The notes under the pieces were generated by a model, which worked only from the letters and a program-made list of their open reading frames with translations, was not told the DNA's origin and made no database searches. Shown in pieces: positions 23,780-38,700 of a stretch of 64,000 nt of DNA. A program made the position numbers and the translations under genes. The stretch covers positions 26,350,001 to 26,414,000 of the forward strand of contig OZ360243.1 in NCBI GenBank assembly GCA_977017645.1, written 5' to 3'. This DNA is from Torpedo marmorata. Taxonomy: Eukaryota. Position 1 is the first letter of the stretch. Each line of letters starts with the position of its first letter.

Positions 23780-26700
23780 GTGTATTGGCTTAGTCAGCAA
23801 TATGCACATCTATGAGATCAAGAAGAGATCACTTTAGTGCTGTACCTTCTGAAATAAAGATATGACTGCAACTGTTCAGTTGCCATGTTAATGATCAATA
23901 ATAAATTATTTCCATTGACAAGAAAGATCTGTTATTGAGAGTTTGTACTGTTGATGGTAAATCACATCTGCAATATCTTCAGCAGAAGGGCTGTTGATAT
24001 TGTAGAACCATCATATGAAGTGTGAAAATACCTCATACGCTGTTTTTATTTCAGATTTTCCATTGATTTCCATCAAATCTTTGATGAAGATGGAGAAGCA
24101 AAACGTGGCTCAAAATGGAAGAATCAATTTAAAGACAACCCGATTGATCCAGACATTTATCCAACTGTATTTCTGTCACACCAAAATGAATACCTCCTGA
24201 CATTAATGTTGCACTGCAAATTAGCTAATGATGAAAAAAAGTAATTCATTGCACATACTAATTCTTTTAACATTACTCACGTCGGCAAGTAGTGATTCCG
24301 TCCTTGCATATACTGTAAATAAAAAACAAAGCTATTACAACAATAAAGAGCTCATTAGGTGCAGTGGTTCACCCTTTCTGGTATGATTAACAACAAACAG
24401 GAAGCAGAAAGGAAAATTATCAGCTCTAAAATGATCACCTTTGGAGGTTTTTAAAATACAGGGTGTAATGTATGGTTTGAGTGCTCAATCTGTTCATAAC
24501 TAATTGCAGATTGTGCAAGAAACATGAAGAACTTTAATAAAATTTGTTGGTTTAGTTTTGAGCACCTCAGATCTCCTGGAACTTTCTACAGAACATTACT
24601 GCAACTTAAGGAGAAATTCCTCTGAAAAGGGGTGATATCCTGAAGTGAAAATACATTTTTCACAATTTCATGTCACACTGACAGAGAGACAGAGTAATGA
24701 GAATGACATGATGATGAGATGGACTCCCAGTAGAAGAATAATCAACTGAATCGTATGGGGTAGAGAGAACAAAGAAAGTAAAGGTTGTGAGCAGACTTTG
24801 TTTGAGAAACAGAAAGTTAACAGTACTGCAGAACAAAGGAGGGTGGTGGGGGTGAAACATGTTGAGGACAATTATTTTGGCCTTTGTTCAGATGGAAAAT
24901 TATCACAGACTGCATTTTATATATCAATTCTTAGAATATCTATTTTAGAAGCTCATGGGACTATTTGGACATCATAATATATTTTTATGTTTTATTTTAG
25001 GTAACTAAAAGTTTAAAATTTACTCACATGATTAATCTAAATCAGAATATGTCAAATACCTTTGTATCTGAATTCATAGTGGGTTATTTCTGGTTCATAA
25101 CAAAATCATTTCTCAGACTTAAATGTTTATGACTCAATTTACTTATTTATGGCATTTTCAAGAGAATGGTTACATATGTAAAAGATTCAAAACCTACCGT
25201 ATATTTCGGCGTATAAGTCGACCCTTGAAACCCTCAAAAATGTCTCAAAAAACGGGGGTCGACTTATACGCCGGATATACTTTTGAGACCTTAAAATCAG
25301 CTCAAAATCGAGTTCACGCCGATTCGGCGTATAAGTCGACCCCTGAAAACACGATTCGGCGTATAGGTCGACCCTGGAAGTGCCTCCCCACTGCCGGCGC
25401 CGCCGCTCCCCGACACCTCCCCACCGCCGGGCGCCGCCATAAACCACCCAGACATTCTACAATTGTAGAGCCCGAGGTCCCCGCTCCTACCCGGGAGAAC
25501 GAGCTCCCCGCTCCTGCCTGGGAGAACGAGCTCCCCGCTCCTGCTCGGGAGAACGAGCTCCCCGCTACTGCCTTGGAGAACGAGCTCCCCGCTCCTGCCC
25601 GGGAGAACGAGCTCCCCGCTCCTGCCTTGGAGAACGAGCTCCCCGCTCCTGCTCGGGAGAACGAGCTCCCCGCTATTGCCTTGGAGAACGAGCTCCCCGC
25701 TACTGCTCGGGAGAACGAGCTCCCCGCTCCTGCTCGGGAGAAAGACGTCGCCGCACCTGCATCTTCCCGGCCAGAAGCAAAGGTTTTTTTTACTGTTTTT
25801 TTTACTTACCGGTACTTGCTTAATTTACAGCTTTGTTACTTGGCGATTGGGATGTTGTAACAAATTTTGGGTTGTTGCTGGGAGGCCCAGACAGCCTGAA
25901 AATTGGGGGTCGACTTATACGCCGGTCAATGCGCAACATCTCAGGCATCCCGATTTTTGGGGTCGACTTATACGCCGGATATACCATAAAACCATTAAAA
26001 TGAGGCTGAAAAAGGGGGGTCGACTTATACGCCGGTCGACTTATACGCCGAAATATACGGTAATTTTATTATAATTATATATATTTTTTGCTTTCATTGG
26101 AATGGCGATAAATATTCAATGATCTGGCTACTTTACCATTCTTCACAATCATTCATTGTTGTTTCACCAGGTTGCAAAATTCTTCCGTCATAATAACATG
26201 TGCACTGAGGTAATGTTACACATTTCATAGTATTTTCATCCAGGTAAGGAGCCTTCTCTGGGCACTTGGCATAGCAACCTGAAACAGTGAGAAGTAAAAG
26301 TCACAATGGAGACAAACAAGAACTCAATGAATACTATAAATCTTGAGGCCAATGTTCCACTTTAAAAATGCATGGTTTTCCCCTGAATGACTACCTTAAC
26401 AAATTAACTTCCACTACCCAATCCTCCATTGTTTTGGGCCTTGTGTTGCCAGGTTTAGTCACAGCATGACAGCACACCTCCGCTGGCTTCCCTGGTGCAT
26501 GAACTTTACTATTTTAATTGTAAGCTACAAAATGTTGACATACTTCTGTGTTCCACACATTAATAGGAGGGTTTATCCTTTGGAGACAGAAAACATTGAA
26601 CACATGAATAATTGAATCCTCTTACACCATGATAGAAAAAGGAAAAAGGGCACTCTCTTGTGAAATCAAATGTGAAGATCCGTAAAAGCCCATGTGACTA

Positions 26701-29700
26701 GCTATTGATTCAATGGAAAGAATTAGCAAACTACATTCATACAAGCATGAGATACTTTCCTCTCTAAAGGTTTTTCTTCATTTCTTCGCAGGAATGGTTT
26801 CTTTAAATTAAGATTTTGGATTAAAGCAAGAGTTTTTTTTTGTCGGAATCAGTCAGTCAAAATGGGAAAGCAGAGGGCCATTTGGCCAATTATCCATGCC
26901 AGCTCCCAAAAGAACTATTCAATGAGTCCCACTCCCTTTCTCTGTCCCACAGACCTGCAAGTGGATTTTCCTCAAACACCTTTCAATATCTTTTTGAAAT
27001 TATCGATCAGCTTAGTTATCAATTATAATTATATTGACAATTGCAGTTATTAAATTATAATTATTAATCAATTATCAATTCAGGTGGCATGGTTAGCGTA
27101 GCGGTTAGCACAACTTTGTTACAGCACCAGCAACCCGGGTTCGGATCCCACGCTGCATGTAAGGAGTTTGTACGTTCTCCCCGTGTCTGCATGGGTTTCC
27201 TCTGGGTGCTCCAGTTTCCTCCCAACTTCCAAAGCCGTACGGGGGTTGTAGGTCAATTGGGTGTAATTGGGCGGCATGGACTCGTGGACCGGAAGGGCCT
27301 GTTAGCATGCTGTATATCTAAATTCATTCTTAGCTCCACTTCCATCTTACTTGCAGTATCCAGGACATTATGAAGTACAGCTTCTTTTTTTTTCTCATAT
27401 CTCCCCAGTATATCTGATCTGTCCCCTAGTTGTGGTATTATCAACCAATGGGGATTCTGATCTTATTTAAACCTGTCAAAAATCTGAAGGGCACCATACC
27501 TTTGCAGCATACCATCTGTGCTCCTCACTGAAACAGGGTTGATCACTTGCCTTGATTTTAAAATGGACCCATTTCTGCTATTGTCACTGCATTGTTTTCC
27601 AACATTGCTCTTTATGTTTGCAGCTCACCAACCTTATTCATTACATTATATTCATTTATTAATGCATTCTAAATGTGTCTTTGTAATCCTCATACTTGTA
27701 CTTGATCTGGTCCTATCTGAAATTGTACTACTTTCTATTATGCTATCCAATGTTCTCACTGCCTAATGCATATTATTATACTTTCTTACATCCATATGTT
27801 GCTGCCCAACCTCCTCCAGGGATTGTGCCATTTGTGCAATGACAGGAGAGCCTGGATACAAACAGTCATAATTTTCATAAGACTTCAAATTTGCCTGGAT
27901 TTTTGTTTAAAAATGGATTTTGATTTCCTGAAATAGCAGTTGGCTGTATAAAATATAAACACTTGCAATCAACCCTTGAAAATATGCCGATCAGAGAAAT
28001 AAGCCAGAGAACAGTTTAAGATAGTTCACAGTGCACTGTACTAAGGTAGGTCCATGACATTTTCTGATTTGTGTCTGTGTCAGGATCACCAAAAGAAGTT
28101 TGGGAGAGAGTGTGATTCACTGTGAAAACTCATTAAAATATATGGATAATTTAATTGAAGAAACATAATAATCATTGCGATGATTAATTTTATAAAAGAG
28201 GATAACAAAAATATTATCTAAAACAACATTGGAAACAGATTGTAATGTATTTGAATAAAATCTAAAGAGCACCTTCAAGAACTGCAGAATATTTTTTTCC
28301 AATAAAATGGCCTGAGCATGTTTTTGTTGTTATTGTTCCACACGGCTGATAGTGCCAACTGCAATCACCAGGAGTGTTATAATAGTCACAGTACACAGCT
28401 ACAGAATAAAAGAAAAAACAATTCAATTGAAATTTTGGATCAGTGATTCAATGATCAAAATAAGCACGATTTAAACCCTCTGTGGTAAATTATCACAATG
28501 TATTCATTTTATGCATGTTAGTGATTGATTTGGAGTAGGGGACTACAAAGTGGTCGATATCGAACCCTGGGGGTCGATAGGACTATCCAAGGGGTCTAAA
28601 AATGCCAGGGGGTCTAAAATGCCAGGGGGTCAAAAGGGGGATCGATAAACACCGGGGGGTCGATTGAACTTTTGGGGTCGAAAGAATTGTAGAGCCCGAG
28701 GTCCCCGCTCCTGCCGGGAGCCCGAGATCCCCGCTCCTGCCTGGAAGCCTGAGGTCCTCGCTCCTGCCCAGGAGCCCGACGTCTCCGCTCCTGCCCAGGA
28801 GCCCGACGTCCCCACTCCTGCCCGGGAGCCCGAGGCGACTTCTTCGATGCGGACGGCACCGCACCCGATGTTGAAAATGGAGTCGCCGTCGCCGAAGACT
28901 TGGACCCAGCTCCGTTTGGTATCTTCCCGGCCAGAAACAAAGTTTTTTTTTACTGTTATTGTAATCACTTGATTGCTTAATTTACAGATTTGTTACTTGG
29001 TGATTGGGGTGTTGTAACAAAGTTTGGGTTGTTGCTGGGAGGCCCGGACACCATGCATATGGTATGCAGTTTCCCTCACTAATGCATATGGAAACTGCAC
29101 GTCTACTTAATTATCTATTTATTTATTTATTTTTGTACATGCCTGGGGGTCTATGAGGGATCAAGGATTCCATGAAGGGGTCGATGGTCTAAAAAGTTTG
29201 GGGACCCCTGATTTGGAGTGTTGGAATCTCGTACTTTCATCCTTATCATAGATACTCAGACAATTTTATTTCCCTGTTCAAAAGAGCAAACCAGGTCGAT
29301 AAATGAGTTGTCATGAGATAGATTAAGGAGATTGTCATGAGGATAAATAATAATAATAATAATAAGTGCATTTATTTCCAATGGTATTCACTGTCAGGAG
29401 AATGGAGATTAGATGTTGGCAATTCATCAAGATTTCAAATGAATGGCCATAAAGAACGTTAACTGAGCAAACAGGAAAGATTAAAAAAACAAATATTTTA
29501 GATTAGGCGCAGAAGATGTTACTCTGTGGACCAATGTGTTCCAAAATCTATAAAGCAGTGTCGATGAGCTCTTATACCTTATTTGTTCACTACAAGGAAC
29601 ACAGAAGTTTAGACTTACGACATAGATCAGGGGTTCTCCAACGAATGCAAGCATCAGCTTTGTTACAAGCCTCTGCATACACAGCAACAGCAGTGCAGAA

Positions 29701-32700
29701 ACTAAGGTACTTTCCCTCCATGTCACAGGCGCAAGCTTCTTGGACACAAGCATCATAATATGGGGTTGGATCAACCTGACAAAGAGCCAGAGCATCAGGA
29801 CACATGCACAGAACACAGAAATCTTTTTTAAATTTCAAATTTAATTGGCATCTTACCATTTTATGGCAAGCTTGAAAGACTGCACCAGTAATTATATGGC
29901 ACCTCTTCTGAGCCCATGCGAAACAATATGGATTGCTATCACAGGGAAATGTTTGAGCTATTGTATTAGAGCATGACTGCATCGACTTCCAACTGTTCCC
30001 AAAATCAATGAAGCTGGTCACCAAAGAATTCTCCTTTGTTGTTAAGTCGTCTTCAAGGTCATCGTTGAAATTTCCACAAAGGCCACAAACCTTATTCTTT
30101 AGTGTGTAAGAGAACCAAAATTATAGTGAATATTCCAAAATTACAATTTATGTTTCATACTTTTTCCAAGTTAACCAAAGGCTGAATGGAAAAAGCAGGA
30201 TGCAATAAAACCACTTGAACAATACTTGAGATCTAGAAAGGCACCAATAAAATGTAAATAATTAATCAATTAATTCAATAATTAATGATTTAACTGGTTG
30301 ATTCTTAAATATTCCTTGATCTTTAATGGTCAGTGTTCTTAGTTTCAAGTTGAATCCAGTAAATGCGGGGATTTTACACATTTCTCTATCAATTAACACA
30401 TTTATTGGCTAAAGTGTAATATATATTTATATTATATATACCATAAGTACAATGCAACAACATTTACATGGACAGTCTCATAGTAGAAGTGAACACAAGC
30501 ATCTAAAATAGAAATAAACGGCTAAATGTATGACTAAAATGGAGAAAAATCTGAGATTGCATTGTCTAATCCAATTATACTTCATCTTCCTCATTTTTAA
30601 CCCAATCTGTCTCAAAACCTCATGATCTTTACCGTGTATGCACACTTTACATATTTCTGTTGTTATTGTTTATCTCATAGCTTTAAACTAGCCTTTGACA
30701 TAAATGTAAACCTTATTTTTTTATAATTCAAAATAAGTACATGAACAGTTGCCTGAAACGACATGTTTGCATATTCTTGATTGAATTAAAGCAGTGTTTT
30801 TTTTATAACAATCCCTCTTGTATTTCTGCTTTCAGGTGAGCGATTTAATGTTTCATTTCAAACTTTTTGTTTTTATACATGATTGCTTGTTGATGAGTCT
30901 GGGCAAGCTTCTTGCCCCACCTAGGTGCCCGTTTTGCTTTCCCACACTCTATTTTAAGCCTCTAGACCTTGAGGCAAGCTCTAGGGCTGGGACTGTCCCA
31001 GCAAAGGTTTCGCTCCTTGGTCTTAATTACCATATATTTTGGTGTATAAGTCGAGTCTTGAAACCCTCAAAAATCTCTCAAAAAACGGGGGTCGACTTAT
31101 ACGCCAGATATACTTTTGAGACCTTAAAATCAGCTCAAAAACCAGTCCACGCCAATTCAGCGTATGTTGACCCTTGAAAACACGATTCGGCGTATAAGTC
31201 GACCCTTGAAAACACGATTCGGCGTATAAGTCGACCCTTGAAAAACAAAAAAAAAACCCAACTGCAACAAATTTTCATTGATATTTTTATTGAAAACAAC
31301 AACACATTTAGAACCCTTCAAAATCACTTTCGCTATCATCGTCTGAGGCAAAGATCTCGGCAAGCATATCCGGGGTCTCACTGTTTAAACAGTCATCGTA
31401 CGGGTCCCAGTCTGTATCTGATGAGGCGTCTTCAGCTTCATTGTCAGTGTCCCACAATAAATCATCTTCCGTACCATCAATTGCACAAGAGATACCGCAC
31501 TTTTTAAACGATTTTATTATAGTCTCTACTTTCACTTTGTCCTATGCCTTGAGCACGAAGTCACACAGCACATCAAGCGATGCAGCACGCATTGCCCCGC
31601 CTTTTGTAAAGGAATTTTCTGCACTCGACATCCATGTATTCCACTCTTCATGCACATGGTCTTTGAATGGCTTGTTCAAGCAGACATCGAGAGGTTGCAA
31701 TATAGACGTCAAACCACCCGGGATAACCGCCATGTAAGTATTATGTTGTGCTAATCTACTTTTAGTCTTCTCAGTTAAGTGGCTACGAAACATATCCCAG
31801 ACCAGCAAACTCCGTTCCTTGCGTAAACTGCCTGGCCGCCTGTTCCACACATTGTCTATCCATAGTTTTACACCATTTTCATCCATCCATCCTTTTTCAT
31901 GAAAATGTACAAAAATACCTGCTGGGAAATTTATTTTAGGTTTAAGTTTGCGCTTGAAGATTACCATGGGTCTTAACTTTGTCCCGTCGGCCATGCACGA
32001 TAACACCACAGTAAACCTGGTCCTTTCATGTCCTGTACTCCTGGTTTGCACAGTTTTCACACCTTTCCATTCCACTGTTCTATTGCCTATCATGTCAAAA
32101 TTCATGGGGGTTTCGTCCATGTTTCCAATATTTGCCAATGCAAACTTGTGTTTCGGCCGGTTACGTAAAATAAACTGGTGAAAACTTACAACTTTATGAT
32201 CAAGATCTTTTGGTAGTTTCTGAGCAATTTTAGTTTTTTGTCGTAAAACCAGATTTTTCCTGTTCATGAAATGGTTGCACCAGCCTACTGTAGCTTGAAA
32301 ATCATTACTGAGTTCTGGGTGCGACTTTGCCCACTTCAGTGCAAATGTTCTTATTTTATTTCGGGTGACTATGTAGCAATCTTGCCTCTGTTCACATACC
32401 CATGCTGCAACATGATTTTCCAACTCTGGCCAACGAGTGATTCCTCTTCTCATCGAACATTGCCTTTTTGGTATTTTTCTTAAAGTATCTTCTTTCTTCC
32501 TCCATTCTCTTACCAACTTCTCGTATATATCAAATTTTCTAGCAGCAGCACAGTTGTTGGTTTTCTTGGCCATTTCTATAACTTTTAATTTAAAACTCGC
32601 CTCATACTTTCGTCGTTTCAATTGAGCCTCCATGATAACAATCACCTCCAGCCAACGCCCAGCAGCTCAATCAGCGCGATCGTTGTGGGTCGACCTATAC

Positions 32701-35700
32701 GCCGGTCAACGCCCAGCAGCTCAATCATCGCGATTTTTGGGGGTCGACTTATTCGCCGGTCAATGTGCAACATCTCAGGCATCGCGATTTTTGGGGATCG
32801 ACTTATACGCCGGATATACAATAAAACCATTAAAATGAGGCTGAAAAAGGGGGATTGACTTATCTGCCAGTCGACTTATACGCCAAAATATACGGTACAT
32901 GCTGGAACACCTCCCTGGGAGTCCTCAGCTTCAGGTTCATATTTCAATGTGAAGATGTTGGAAATCGGAAAATAAATAAAAACAGAAAATGCTGGAAAGG
33001 AGGCATATGTAAGAGAAACATTTTATGCTTTTGAAGGGTCAAAGACCCTTATGGCTGTTTCCCTTTCGACAAATGCTCCCTGATTTGCTGAGTTTTTCCA
33101 GCATTTTCTGTTTTTATTGCAGCATTACATTGGTTGTTTCTAGTTTAACCAGTCCCAACATTTATTTATCAAAGATATAAAAACACATTTGTTTAAAAAT
33201 TCCCATTTGCAGATTTGTGCTTTATTCAATGTTATTCATATAAAAATTGATGTCGATGAAAAAAGTATAATAATCATTCCGAGGACATTTTTCAATGTCA
33301 TGAGTCTATCTTGTGACAGCAAAGCTATTTCACCATCAGAGATCCACAGAAACCAAATTTGATACATCCAGATCAAGCTGGTTTTATTAAAAATAGATAT
33401 TCAAAAGATAATATAGCTAGATTATTAAGTTTAATTAGTTTACATAAAAAGAAACTGGATTTACCATTGGTGGTAACGTTGGATGCAGAAAAGGCTTTTG
33501 ATAGATTAGAATGGAATTTTTTATTTAAGGTGTTAGAGAAATTTGGTTTTGGGAATATTTTTATAAATTGGATTAAAACTATATATAAGGAACCTACAGC
33601 TAAAGTAATTACAAATGGACAAATATCATCAAAATTTTCTTTAACGCGTTCTACGAGACAGGGATGTCCTCTATCACCAGCTTTATTTGTTTTGGCAATA
33701 GAACCTTTAGCTGAATTGATTAGGATAGATCCTAATATAGTAGGGATTAAAGTTGGTATGGAAGAACATAAGATTAGTTTGTTTGCAGATGATGTATTAA
33801 TATATATGACGAAATCTATTACATCACTTCAACAATTAGCTATCATAATAACAGAATATGGTGAAATATCTGGGTATAAAATTAATTCAGATAAAAGTGA
33901 AATAATGGCTTTATCTCAAGGTGATTACACTAGGTGTAGAGCAGTTACGGAATTTAAGTGGGCAAAAGAAGGAATTAAATATTTGGGAGTTAAAGTAGAT
34001 ACAAAATTAGAAAATTTATATAAATTAAATTATATACCTTTATTTAAGAAAATAAAGAAAGATTTGGAAAATTGGAAAGATTTGCCTATAACTCTAATGG
34101 GGAGAGTAAATTGTATTAAGATGAATATTTTTCCAAGAATTCAATATCTCTTTCAATCAATCCCTTTTGGAATTCCAAAGAAATTTTTTAAAGATTTAAA
34201 GTTTATTGTTAGGAAATTTTTATAGAAAGGGAAGTTAGCAAGAGTAAGTATGGATAAGTTAGCATGGAATTATGAGATGGGAGGATTGCAACTTCCTAAT
34301 TTTCAATATTATTACAAAGCAGCTCAATTAAAATTTGTTAACGAATTTTTTGATTTAAATAAAACTTCTGCTTGGGTCAATATAGAATTAAATAATATAG
34401 GAGAAAATTATAAAGAGGATATTATTTATAAGTGGAATTCTAAACTACTATTAGTAAAAAAGAAAAATTCACCGATTATTAAACATTTGTTGGAAATATG
34501 GACACAGGTAGATAAAGAAATAGGTGGGAAAGGGTTAATTTCTTTAAATATGCCATTATATCAAAATCCACTTTTATTATTTACTATGGATAATCAATTA
34601 TTGAAAGCATGGTTTCAAAAAGGAATTAAGAATTTTAAAGATTGTTTTGAGGCTGGAAGATTTGTTACGTTTCAAAGATTGAAGGAAAAATTTAATGTAT
34701 TAGATAATACATGGTTAGCTTATTATCAAGTTAAAACTTATTTGATTGAGAAATTAGGAGAAGATTTGATTGCTCCAAGACATAATGAGTTAGAATTATT
34801 AATAACTAAAGCAAATGTTAATAAGTTTATTTCTCAAATGTATAAATTATTTCAGAGAAAAATGCCTAAAGTAGGATTACATAAATCAAGATTAAAATGG
34901 GAATTAGATTTAAATGTTAATATAGCTGAAAATCATTGGAAAGATTTATGTAAGTTAAGTATGACTAAAGTTATTAATGTTAGATATAGATTAGTACAAT
35001 ATAATTTTTTTCATCAACTATATTTAACACCAAAAAAATTAAAGAAATTTAATCCGACATTGTCGGATTTGTGTTTTAGATGTAAGAATGAAGTAGGTTC
35101 TTTTGTTCATTCTACATGGCTATGTCCAAAGAGTCAGGATTTTTGGTTGAAAGTTAAGAATTTTTTAGATAGAGTTTTTATTTTATGTTTCCAATGGACC
35201 CTATGTTATTTCTATTTGGAGATATTAGAAAATTTAGTATTAGGAATAGATTGAATATGTATCAGGTAGAATTTTTGCGAATTGCTTTAGCTGTCTCAAA
35301 AAAATTTATTGCTATTACTTGGAAATCAGATTTAGATTTAAGTTTAGATAGGTGGCATGCAGAACTTCGTTCGTGTATTCCTTTGGAAAAGATTACTTAC
35401 AACTTACGTAATAAATATCATTCTTTTTTAAAAATTTGGAGCCCATATATGAGAATTATGGGTTTAAGGATTTGAAATCTCTAGAAATCAGGTCTATTGG
35501 CGAGTTTAACCTCCAGGATAGAATAAGTTTTTAGATGGTTCTCTCCTCACTATTAATCTATTAATCAATTTTTCTTTTTATTTCTTTTTTTTAAACTATT
35601 TTTAGAATAGTGGGGTGGGGGGGGAGGGTTTGGGGGGAGGAAATTTATATCACTTGTATTTTGGAAACTATATATTTTGATCTGTGTATTGTGTGATTTA

Positions 35701-38700
35701 AAATTTAAATAAAATAATTTTAAAAAAGAGATCCACAGAAAATGTTAGTTCTTGATCAAAGCTCATGTTTTCCTACCATTTTGCTCTTCCAGGAGACCTG
35801 TTTGAAAGTGAGTTAATTCCTGCCATATTTAATAAACAACCCCAAAGTACTCAATCTCCAGAAGGATCCTGACCCTCTGATCAACATAACACTCATTTCA
35901 ACACAAAGATTCATTCCTGGATGATTTGCTGGCCTTTGTTAACTCCTCAGCCACTCACACCTCCACCTCCCCTGTGTCGCAACACCAGTCTGATTCCATC
36001 CACTCCCATCAGAAAGCTGATAGAATGCTTATGAATCACTGCAGTGACAGTAACTCCTCAATCCAAGGCTCCTTCAACCCTGTGATGCACCTGTCAAGCC
36101 TTCGTGGGGGTGTACAAAACCAAATCTCTTGCACTTAAGGTCTTGGAGTACAACTGAATTTTAATGCAACTGGTGAATGATTATAATAAGCATTGCCCCA
36201 CAGATCTGTTCCATTCCAGTGCACTTTTTAATCAAGAATTTTATGACACCCCTGCTCAACTCTGCTGTCCACCATTGTTTTCTGCCAGGTTTCCTCTATT
36301 GTTGAATAATGCTGCTTCTCAATCCCCTTAAGAAATTATTTTTAAACTGATGCCATTTGCCCATGTCAATATTATCTCTCTGCAAAAAAATGTGAAATAT
36401 TTTCCAGCAGCTTCTTAAAATGTTATAACCACCTCCTCACCCAATAAATGGGTGAAAATTTGGCCCATGGTTCACATTTCAAATTTATTGTCAGAGTACA
36501 TCACATACAACCCTGAGATAAAGTGCAAAAGTAAGAGTCCTTAAATAAGTCCCTGATTGAGTTGTTGAGGAGTCTGATTATGGAGGGGTCACAGCTGTTC
36601 CTGAACCTGGTGGTGCGAATCTTGTGGCACCTATACCTCTTTCCTGATGGTAGCAGCGAGAACAGAGCATGTGCTGGGTAATGTGGACGCTTGATGATTG
36701 TTGCTGCTCTCTGACGGCAGGTTCCCTGCATGATCTTGATGGACAGGTCAGAGTTTGGAGATGATGCCTTCACAGGAGGGTTTTGCCTGTGATGTCCTGG
36801 GCTGCGTCCATTAACTTTTGCAGGGCTTTACACTCAGGGACATTGGTGTCCCCATACCATACCGTGATGCAGCCGGTCAGCACACTTTCCACCACACCCC
36901 TGTAGAAATTTGCCAGTGTTTCCAATGTCATAACAATCCTCCGCCAACTCCTGAGGAAGTAGAGGCACTGACGTGCTTTCTTCACAAAGCAATTTGTGTG
37001 TTGGCTCCAGGAAAGATCTCTGAGATAGTGACTCCCAAGAACTTAAATTTCTGCACCTCTGATCCCTCAATGATCACTGGATCGTACACCTCTGGTTTTC
37101 CCTTCCTGAAGTCAACAATCAGCTCCTTGGTTTTGGTGACATTGAGTGCAAGATTGTTGTCAGTGCACCATTCAGCCTTCCTGTATGCTGACTCATCGCC
37201 CCTTTTTATACAACCCACTACCGTGGTATCATCAATGAATTTGTAGATGATGTTTTTGTCTAACCGAGCCACACAGTCATAGGTGTATAGAGAGTAGAGC
37301 AGGGGGCTAAGAACGCAGCCCTGTGGTGCTCCGGTACTGATGGAGATTGCGGAGGAGATGTTCTTTCCAATCCTCACTGATTGTGGTCCGGAGGTGAGGA
37401 AATCCAGGATCCAATTACACAGTGGGGTGTTGAGTCCCAGGTCTTGGAGTTTGCTGATCAATTTTGAGGGGATGATGGTGTTAAATGTCAAACTGTAGTC
37501 TGTTCCTCACTGCTATTTTGGAACAAATGCTACAGCTGTACAGTGAATGTTCCATCATCTCCAAACTCTGACCTGTCCATTCCAGCTATGACTCCATGAT
37601 CTTGATCATATAAATAAACATACTTCACACTATATCCTTGTTTTTCAAAAATGAATTATGCCTCAGAAGTTTTCTTTTACAATTTCTGAATATATTTTCT
37701 CCATTGATAAACGGAAATGAAGAACACATCTTAACTTACAACCCTACATACCTTCCATCTTGTGTCCAATGTGACTGAAAATCCTGTACGTTTGTCCCAT
37801 ATCACGGTGATCCCATTGGAAAATGTTAGGACTAAGTAGAGTCCAACAGTGTGAACTTTATATGAATTATCTGTGCACTGATTTTTTCCAAGAGATATCT
37901 CACTTACTCCACTTCCACTCAAGAGAATTATTTCTTTATCCTGTAAGAATACATTTGAAAATAGGCTTGTTTATAACATGCTTAATGATTTCAGATGAAT
38001 CGTCACATGGATCCATTTGAAAGTCCTGTTTCAAAATGCCAGATTGAACATTCTAATTGTTATTCATCAAAACAAATGTACCTCAAATAAGATTCTGATA
38101 TTTCTTGAACATGTCACTCCATTTTCACAGCAGGGAACACTTTCTGTCAGTATTTGGAATGTTCCAATATCTTGCAAACATTGGTCCTAAAATTAAGATA
38201 ATTTGAATGAATTTGTGTAGCAAAATTTCAACTGATAATCTAAGATGGCACAGCTTGTTCATTAATTTTGATATAATTTGCAGATTATTAAGAAATATTT
38301 TTATAATCCATTGAGCTCAAGTAAATACAAGTACAAAGGAGAGGGAAAAGGCAAGATCATAATAAAAGTTCTTGGAGCACTGAACACCAAGTGGTCACCA
38401 GCACTTTCAAAGGCATAAAAATACTTGATGAAGAACATTCCATACTTTAGAATATCAGATGATTTAATCAAATTGATAATTTTTTTTCAAAAATGCTGAC
38501 CTTCCTATCTCAGAAGCAATACAAGATATTCCTGATTCCACAGAAATATATTCTTGCTGATACAAATGTTACTGCATAGCTCTGAATTATATTTTCTAGA
38601 TCAGAGCATCTGAGCCAATTCATAATTGTCAACACATAATCTGATGTACTGCTGCATGTTTATCATATCTGAAATCACGATTTCAAAGCATGATATACAG

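Noticed and set aside
25123-25860. 245-aa ORF with (ENELPAPAR)n repeats
   Set aside because: It is the translation of a minisatellite inside a MITE, with no gene context.
25197-26060. Regularly recurring gtcgacttatacgcc repeats suggesting a CRISPR-like array
   Set aside because: They are transposon subterminal repeats in both orientations with irregular spacing, in vertebrate DNA with no cas genes.
27083-27155. tRNA-like A and B boxes
   Set aside because: They form the head of a V-SINE, with no cloverleaf or terminator.
35770-36310. Faint RT-like remnants (also about 23270-23660, 49050-49330, 51720-51990 and 56200-56720)
   Set aside because: Too decayed to assign a family or boundaries by eye.
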